From Armatimonadota bacterium (lineage in GTDB: Bacteria; Armatimonadota; UBA5829; DTLH01): a stretch of 64,000 nt of DNA. The DNA is taken from assembly GCA_039679675.1 (NCBI GenBank), contig JBDKUN010000062.1, positions 64,001 through 128,000 of the forward strand, given 5' to 3'. Below, piece after piece: positions 58,235 through 64,000 of the stretch. The stretch's first letter is position 1; the number at the start of each line of letters is the position of its first letter. The position numbers and the translations under genes were made by a program. The notes below the pieces were generated by a model. That model saw only the letters and a list, made by a program, of their open reading frames with translations, did not search any database and was not told the origin of the DNA.

Positions 58235-59296
58235 TCATTTGAGCATAGTGTGCGTGTGTTGCGGCATTTTAACCCCTTCAGGTGGACTGCTGAATACATT
58301 ACGTGCTAATTGGTTATATTCGTCAGCCTTTTCTTCATGCGGAAGTTGAGCGGCCTGGTCGAAGACCTGCAGTGATGCCTGTGGGTTGGCTTTGGTGAAG
58401 TGTTCAGCGACATCGACAGGAGCGATTTTTGCCTGTTTACCCCAAACAAGGGCGACCGGCTGAGTTATGCTGGAGAACTGATCTCGAATGCTCGTGTTGA
58501 GCGCACCTGATATAAACGCGCGGATCGGATATTCCGCTCCAGGCTGGTGCGAAGATCTATAGTAATGCTCAATTACCTCCGGTGTTACGCTGCTGGGATC
58601 GGCATAAATCTGTGTTTTGAGATAAGATCTGATTCCGTTGATCGAGGTCAGCCCTAAATATACAGACTTGCCAAACACAGGTATATTGATACCTGTGCTG
58701 AGTAGGGGAGAGAAAGGTATCTTCCGGTCGGCAATCCCTATTCCCGTAGGACAGGAAAGCAGCAGCCGTTTTATCATCAGCCTGTGACTGTGTGCCGCCA
58801 GGACTGAATACGCGGCGCCATGCGAGCTTGCCGCAATATCCGTCGGCCTGCCGATTATATCCATTATGAAGTCAAGTATCAGCTGAGTGTAGACTTCAGA
58901 GCGGTAAGGAATATCGGGCCTGTCGGACATCCCGAAACCGACCATATCCAGTGCATAGACAGTGAAGTATTTAGAAAGCGGCAGGAAGTTTTTCCTCCAC
59001 TCGAAGCTCGACGCACCGGCGCCGATGCCATGCACGAAGAGGACCGGCTCTCCTCCGCCGGAAACAGTATAGAATATATTCCCCATCCGCCACCGGTATG
59101 TCCGCTCGTGCCCTCCGATAGAGTTCTCCAAAGATCCCCCCCGGTTGGAGATGATTGCATTTGTGACAGCCGTACCTGCGGTTGCAGCGCCAATTACAGC
59201 AAGTCCCTTGTAAGGAATCTTCAAACCGCTCACTCCCTTCAAAGTCCGGTAATTATCTTTGCTTTTTGTACCATCGGATGAATGGATGCTAAACAA
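58235..59296 (-). CDS. Alpha/beta hydrolase
   Basis: FVHGIG, DMVGFGMSD, ASSHG elbow, LPHEE; real start probably about 59224-59233. Confidence 0.88.
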   Translation of the reverse strand: MFSIHSSDGTKSKDNYRTLKGVSGLKIPYKGLAVIGAATAGTAVTNAIISNRGGSLENSIGGHERTYRWRMGNIFYTVSGGGEPVLFVHGIGAGASSFEWRKNFLPLSKYFTVYALDMVGFGMSDRPDIPYRSEVYTQLILDFIMDIIGRPTDIAASSHGAAYSVLAAHSHRLMIKRLLLSCPTGIGIADRKIPFSPLLSTGINIPVFGKSVYLGLTSINGIRSYLKTQIYADPSSVTPEVIEHYYRSSHQPGAEYPIRAFISGALNTSIRDQFSSITQPVALVWGKQAKIAPVDVAEHFTKANPQASLQVFDQAAQLPHEEKADEYNQLARNVFSSPPEGVKMPQHTHTMLK

Positions 59297-59325
59297 GTCT
59301 GGTTTGCTTGAGGCGGCGGGTAATC

Positions 59326-59357
59326 AAAAACCGGCCTGTCTTTTCGGGCAGGCCGGT
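59326..59357 (-). terminator. Intrinsic terminator
   Basis: Minus strand ACCGGCCTG...CAGGCCGGT followed by TTTT. Confidence 0.75.
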
Positions 59358-59364
59358 CACGAGC

Positions 59365-59556
59365 TTACGCAGCTATATCCAACTCGGTGTTGGAATTGGA
59401 GAAGGAAGTCCTGTAACGGAACCCGTCGAACAATACCGCTACATCATCCGTTCGTTCAGCGGTTCCGGCACATACACTGCAGAGTAACTCTGCGTCTGTT
59501 TCTTCTATATATTCCGGCAGGTTTTTGATCTCCCCGCCGCATTTGCTGCATTTCAT
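59365..59556 (-). CDS. Small CxxC...CxxC (zinc-ribbon-like) protein
   Basis: CSKC and CSVC pairs, own terminator, promoter upstream. Confidence 0.65.
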   Translation of the reverse strand: MKCSKCGGEIKNLPEYIEETDAELLCSVCAGTAERTDDVAVLFDGFRYRTSFSNSNTELDIAA

Positions 59557-59692
59557 TTTAGCCCTCGCATTTCCGGCGCTGCCGCCTGCAGTGTTTCGGC
59601 AGTTTTAGCCAAAACTCTTTGAGAGGACTTGGGTGGGATTGACCACCAACGCCTCGTACCGAAGGATACCGACAAATATCCTTTGTCAGCTA

Positions 59693-59719
59693 TATACCCC
59701 AGGGGGTATAACTTTAAAC
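59693..59719 (-). promoter_or_regulatory. SigB-type promoter overlapped by a CsoR-type palindrome
   Basis: Minus strand GTTTAA-N14-GGGTAT; palindrome TATACCCC-AG-GGGGTATA at 59693..59710. Confidence 0.6.
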
Positions 59720-59766
59720 ATTGTACGAGGATGAATCGTGCTCAATGGACGATGCAAATTATGGTG

Positions 59767-60210
59767 TCAGCGAACGATACGCGAGTAGCGCCTGCGGCGA
59801 GGGGCGCTTGCGCGCTTGACCAGCCTAACGGTCATACCTTTGCCGTTTTTCAGGAACTCGATCTCATCGGTAAGGGCTTTCATAAGGGGAATTCCCAGCC
59901 CACCGGGCTGTGCTACCGGCCTGGGGTGTAATTTTTCCGGGTCGAATCCAGAGCCGTGGTCTGTTACTTCAGTTATGACTGTTCCGCCTGCATGGGAAAA
60001 CTTGATGTTGACTTTGTCATCCGCACCCTGGGGTGAACCATGGCGAATGGCGTTGGCGCATGCTTCGGTGATAGCAAGCTTTGTGTCGTGGACTTCTTTC
60101 GCGTCCATACCCGCACAATCAGCCAGGCAGCCTATTATTCGCCGGAGCCGCGCGAGATAATCCGGATTGCTTGTTATACTGACTTCAACAGTTCTACTGC
60201 CTTGTGCCAT
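59767..60210 (-). CDS. RsbW-like anti-sigma factor / Ser kinase (HATPase_c_2)
   Basis: AITEACANAIRHG, VTDHGSGFD, GGLGIPLM; start MAQG at 60210 after SD GGGAG (ORF track 60435). Confidence 0.88.
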   Translation of the reverse strand: MAQGSRTVEVSITSNPDYLARLRRIIGCLADCAGMDAKEVHDTKLAITEACANAIRHGSPQGADDKVNIKFSHAGGTVITEVTDHGSGFDPEKLHPRPVAQPGGLGIPLMKALTDEIEFLKNGKGMTVRLVKRASAPRRRRYSRIVR

Positions 60211-60307
60211 TTGCTGTCTCCCATCTTCGAAGTATAGAATGCAGAACCGGCGGTGTACGGTAGGGCGGCTCCGTGTGAGGATTATCCCTCCGGTCTCTAG
60301 CGTCGTT

Positions 60308-60336
60308 AATCTATCACAGCTGAGTTCCAGTGTCAA
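60308..60336 (-). promoter_or_regulatory. Sigma70 promoter for the rsbW-like gene
   Basis: Minus strand TTGACA-N17-TAGATT. Confidence 0.6.
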
Positions 60337-60580
60337 TGCATGGGCTGTATAAACAGGTGGGGAATATTTCCTGTGTAAATTTACAGGCTCGAAGAGCCCC
60401 TGGGACTGCTTATTGCTGGCCGCAAAACGCCCCAACTCCCCATCCCCGTTTTCTCCTCCCGTTTGCCTCAGAAGGGCTCTTCTGTTATCCTGATAATGTC
60501 TTTATAAGGCGGGTGAGACAACTACGGCAATCCTGGAATTTATAATTATAACCATATACGCGGCAGCAGCAGCAAGAAAA

Positions 60581-62428
60581 TTGTTGGGATGGCTCGGTGT
60601 GAAGTTCAAGGGAACCGGGGAACGGCTGATCTTCGAGTCGGCGCTTGGGCTTGGGCTTCTCGGCATGTTGATATTTGTGATGGGCATGCTCAAGGTACTG
60701 TACCTGCCGTGGATTCTGAGGTTGCTTGTTGTGATAGCGGTTATCAACTACCGGGAGTTGGCCGGAGTAGTCTCCGACATATTTAGCGGCCTCAAATCGG
60801 TCAGAAAGATCAAGTGGAGCGCCGAGACGGTTATCACAGCGGTAATCCTCGCATCTGTCGCCGTATTGGCGCTTGTGAGATCGTTTGCGCCGCCGGCCGG
60901 GGACGATTGGGACAGTCTGGCTTACCACCTGGCAATCCCGAAGCTGTTTCTCAAGCATCACGGCATCTACTATATCGATTTCTCCTCCCATTCCAACTTC
61001 CCGTTTACCTGGGAGATGCTTTATGCGCTTGGGTTATCATTCAGAAGCGTACCCTTTGCGAAGCTGTTTCACTTTGGAGCCGGGGTGCTTTCAGTCTGCG
61101 CTGTTTACAGTATGAGTATCCGGCACTTTTCCCGTTCCACCGGCAGGCTGGCAGCGCTGATGGCTGCTGGTATCCCGCTTCTGGCCTGGGAAGCGACTAC
61201 GGCGTACATAGACCTCGCTGTAGCTCTATATTCGCTTCTTACGGTCTATGCTCTTCTTAATTTCACTGAAGAAAGAGATAAAAAATGGGCTTTAGCGGCC
61301 GGACTGACTGCGGGGCTTGCTGCCGGGACGAAGATGACGGCGCTTTTGATGGTTCCAATAGCCTTTGTCTGGATATTGTGGCCGGACAGGGCAAAACCCG
61401 AAGCCCGAAGATCGAGATTGAAGACTGCTTTTGCCGCTGTCCTGTTGGCTGCGGTAATCTCAGCTCCGTGGTATATCAAGTCTTATGTCTACACCCAAAA
61501 CCCGGTCTATCCGTTCGCTTACGGGGTTTTCGGAGGGAAAAACTGGAGCGCTGAAACGGCAAAGGCTTACGGGGACGATCAGAAGATGTTCGGTAGAGTC
61601 CCGGACGCGCAGTCGCCAGTGATGCTGCCCTGGAACCTGACGTTTCGGTTCGCCCGGTTCAACGATTATGCAGCGCGGGCAGAGCCTGGGCTTGAGCTTC
61701 CTGCATTCAGCGGCAGCAGCCAGGTGTACTTGTCGTCAATCGGTCCGCTGCTTCTGGCATTTTTACCTGTGGTCTTGTTCGCGGCGCTCAGGAAGGGCAG
61801 GCACAGGGCGCTTCTTATCGTCTCCTGCGTCATGATCGCGGCGTGGTGCTTCACGATGCAGAACACGCGATATCTCCTGCCTGCGCTCGTAATACTTGCT
61901 CCGGCGATGGCGCACTCGGCGGAGTTGATCAAGGTCAGAAAAGCAGCAGTAGCGGCGTCTGCCGCAGCAGGAGCATTTACGGTTGTACTGATGTCAATCT
62001 TTGTATGGCCGACGGTCCCAGTGGCGTTCGGGATGGAGTCCCGAGACCATTATCTGGCCAGCTCTCTCAATATCTACCGCGCGAGCAGCTTCGTAAACAA
62101 GAGCCTGCCCCGTGACGGAGGAATTGCCTTATTCGGCGAGACTCGTGGTTTCTACATAGACCGGGACTACATCTGGGCTGACCCCGGACACAACGCGCTC
62201 ATCCCTTACGAGAGCATGGGCAGCGATCCGGAAAAGCTGCTCGGCTGGCTCAGAAGCCGGGGTATACGTTATGTGCTTGTAAACAAGGCCAATTTCCCCG
62301 CCTACAATGATGCGTCTGCTCCGGCGAGCGCGAAGCTCATCTGGCTGGCTATCAGTGATGGAAGGCTGGAAGATGTCTTCAGCGATCCATCGGGCATTTC
62401 GGTCTACAAAATTGCCGGATGCAAATAA
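60581..62428 (+). CDS. GT-C fold (ArnT/GT39-like) membrane glycosyltransferase
   Basis: Many TM, DWDSLAYHL, AYIDL, AGTK, NPVYPF, RYLLP. Confidence 0.8.
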   Translation: MLGWLGVKFKGTGERLIFESALGLGLLGMLIFVMGMLKVLYLPWILRLLVVIAVINYRELAGVVSDIFSGLKSVRKIKWSAETVITAVILASVAVLALVRSFAPPAGDDWDSLAYHLAIPKLFLKHHGIYYIDFSSHSNFPFTWEMLYALGLSFRSVPFAKLFHFGAGVLSVCAVYSMSIRHFSRSTGRLAALMAAGIPLLAWEATTAYIDLAVALYSLLTVYALLNFTEERDKKWALAAGLTAGLAAGTKMTALLMVPIAFVWILWPDRAKPEARRSRLKTAFAAVLLAAVISAPWYIKSYVYTQNPVYPFAYGVFGGKNWSAETAKAYGDDQKMFGRVPDAQSPVMLPWNLTFRFARFNDYAARAEPGLELPAFSGSSQVYLSSIGPLLLAFLPVVLFAALRKGRHRALLIVSCVMIAAWCFTMQNTRYLLPALVILAPAMAHSAELIKVRKAAVAASAAAGAFTVVLMSIFVWPTVPVAFGMESRDHYLASSLNIYRASSFVNKSLPRDGGIALFGETRGFYIDRDYIWADPGHNALIPYESMGSDPEKLLGWLRSRGIRYVLVNKANFPAYNDASAPASAKLIWLAISDGRLEDVFSDPSGISVYKIAGCK

Positions 62429-62450
62429 TGGAGCTCAATATAAATCTGTA

Positions 62451-62477
62451 GTTTCGTGATGCTCTACCATCGGGTAA
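62451..62477 (+). promoter_or_regulatory. SigB-type promoter candidate
   Basis: GTTT-N17-GGGTAA upstream of the nucleotidyltransferase. Confidence 0.45.
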
Positions 62478-62489
62478 CCTAAAGCCGGA

Positions 62490-63242
62490 TTGCAACAATG
62501 GAGGCTTTTACAGTTGGCACAAGCTGAGCACTGCGTTTCGGTTGAGCACAGAGATGTATATGTTCAGGCGTTGGAGTCTCTTGCCGAGCATGAGGTCCCG
62601 TTCGTTTTGGGTGGGGCGTTCGCTGTCTGGTTTTATACCGGCAGATGGCGCGATACGCACGACATAGATGTCTTCACCACGCCTGAGAATGTGCCGTCTG
62701 CAGTGGATGCGTTGACGGTAGCCGGGTTCGAAGACCTGGGAGAGCAGGCTGCAGGCGACCGCGAGTGGATACACCACGCGGTAAAAGGCGATATTATCGT
62801 CGATGTCATCTTCAAGTTCGCAAACCGGGTCACTACTGTTGCGGATGATTGGATAGAGCGGGGTAAAGAAGGCGAATTCCTTGGCGTTCCTCTCAAATTC
62901 ATGCCGGTAGAAGAACTCGTCCACTCCAAGATATTCACGATGAACAAACATCGGTGCGACTGGCCGGATATAATGAGAATTTTCAGGGCCAACTGTACCA
63001 CATTCGACTGGAACCGGCTGCTCAGTATGCTTGGAGAGCACTGGCTGCTTTTTGCAGGTGTTATAGATGTATTCGATTGGCAGTTTCCGGCGGAATGCGC
63101 CTGCGTTCCCGTCGAAATCCGCCGCGAGTTGGCGAGAAGGAGGCTGGAATACAAGCCCGATCCAAACAGCCCGTCCCGTGAAAACCTGCTTGATCCCTGG
63201 ATCCATTCGAGGCCGGAAAATAAATGCTACTTGGAGCAATGA
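62490..63242 (+). CDS. Uncharacterised nucleotidyltransferase family protein
   Basis: GGAFAV..Y...RDTHDIDVF; likely TTG start at 62514 after GGAGG. Confidence 0.82.
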   Translation: MQQWRLLQLAQAEHCVSVEHRDVYVQALESLAEHEVPFVLGGAFAVWFYTGRWRDTHDIDVFTTPENVPSAVDALTVAGFEDLGEQAAGDREWIHHAVKGDIIVDVIFKFANRVTTVADDWIERGKEGEFLGVPLKFMPVEELVHSKIFTMNKHRCDWPDIMRIFRANCTTFDWNRLLSMLGEHWLLFAGVIDVFDWQFPAECACVPVEIRRELARRRLEYKPDPNSPSRENLLDPWIHSRPENKCYLEQ

Positions 63243-64000
63243 ACAACCCCATGATCGATGTCGTGGAGGAGATCGAGGCGATTGCTGGTCTGGGTTTCGA
63301 CTTCATCGATCTGACAATGGAACCTCAAGCGGCGTATTCCGGGACTTTCCCTACACGCGATGTTATTAAGGCGCTGGACCGCACCGGGCTTGGGATCGTC
63401 GGCCATACCGCGTGGTATCTGCAGATAGCAAGCCCGTTTCCTGAAATACGTGAAGCTGTCCTGCGGGAGTTCGAGAGATGCCTCAGGATATTCCACGAAC
63501 TAGGCGCAAAACTGATGAACATTCACCCGCACACCGTCGCGCCGCTCCACGACTGGAACTGGATTATGAGCCAGAACATAGCGACGCTGTCCCGCCTGGT
63601 CGCTGTCGCCGACCGACACGGGATGAGGATTATAGTCGAGAATACCTCACACTTCAGCCGGTCCATAGAGCTGAGGAAGCTGCTGGATGCCGTACCCGGT
63701 GCGGGGTTTCATCTGGACGTAGGCCATGCCCACCTGGACACGCCCTACAACCGCACCGAGGAACTTGTCGCAAACTTCGGCGACAGGCTGTGGCACGTGC
63801 ATGTTTCCGACAACAAGGGAGGGCGTGACGACCTTCACCTCCCGCTTGGAGTGGGAAATATCAATTGGGCCTGGGTAGTGAAAATCCTGAAGAATGCCGG
63901 TTACGACGACAAAATCACCATAGAAGTTTTCGGAGACGATCCGGATTATCTGACGATCAGCAGGGAAAAACTCCGGACACTGTGGGATACAATACAGCCG
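63224..64000 (+). CDS. Sugar phosphate isomerase/epimerase (xylose-isomerase-like TIM barrel), runs off window end
   Basis: MLLGAMNNP..., VEN, HLDVGHAH, HVHVSDN, DLHLPLG, TIEVF; no stop before 64000 (missing from the ORF track). Confidence 0.85.
   Translation, partial: MLLGAMNNPMIDVVEEIEAIAGLGFDFIDLTMEPQAAYSGTFPTRDVIKALDRTGLGIVGHTAWYLQIASPFPEIREAVLREFERCLRIFHELGAKLMNIHPHTVAPLHDWNWIMSQNIATLSRLVAVADRHGMRIIVENTSHFSRSIELRKLLDAVPGAGFHLDVGHAHLDTPYNRTEELVANFGDRLWHVHVSDNKGGRDDLHLPLGVGNINWAWVVKILKNAGYDDKITIEVFGDDPDYLTISREKLRTLWDTIQP

Noticed and set aside
59298..59324. Plus-strand GTTT...GGGTAAT as a SigB promoter antisense to the 4-Cys gene
   Set aside because: Spacing from GTTT is only 12 nt; the alternative -35 (GTCT) is a poor match

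Overview
A 64-kb chromosomal window of a moderately GC-rich, probably anaerobic, diderm bacterium. Gene content (TolC, Wzi and YjbH-like barrels alongside Firmicutes-like pgi, rex and rpiB-glyA synteny) suggests Armatimonadota, but that is inference only. In order it contains: tandem Spy/CpxP-like genes plus MarR and a TolC-MacAB-type export operon; an orphan adenine methyltransferase; a GDP-heptose/priming glycosyltransferase/Wzi cluster; pgi; an HTH + PIN-like pair; rhamnose genes split by a repeat-flanked GIY-YIG nuclease; ORFans; glycoside hydrolases; a Rex-controlled rex-hydCBA-hfsA-hydS-phosphatase [FeFe]-hydrogenase operon; uppP/wecB/wecA/glyA/rpiB; and a stress-type region (RsbW-like gene, SigB-like promoters). 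I saw no rRNA, tRNA, CRISPR array or transposase. The most unusual signals are: (1) intergenic islands built from shared palindromic modules that are shuffled, nested inside one another and loop-inverted between copies, one module of which flanks the GIY-YIG gene; (2) a 70-aa MarR paralog lacking its DNA-binding domain; (3) a consensus promoter firing into a gene-free gap containing an 18-aa hydrophobic ORF and a 19-bp stem; (4) a SigB-type promoter overlapped by a CsoR-type palindrome upstream of a 4-Cys mini-protein. Protein family calls come from motif recognition by eye, not database searches.
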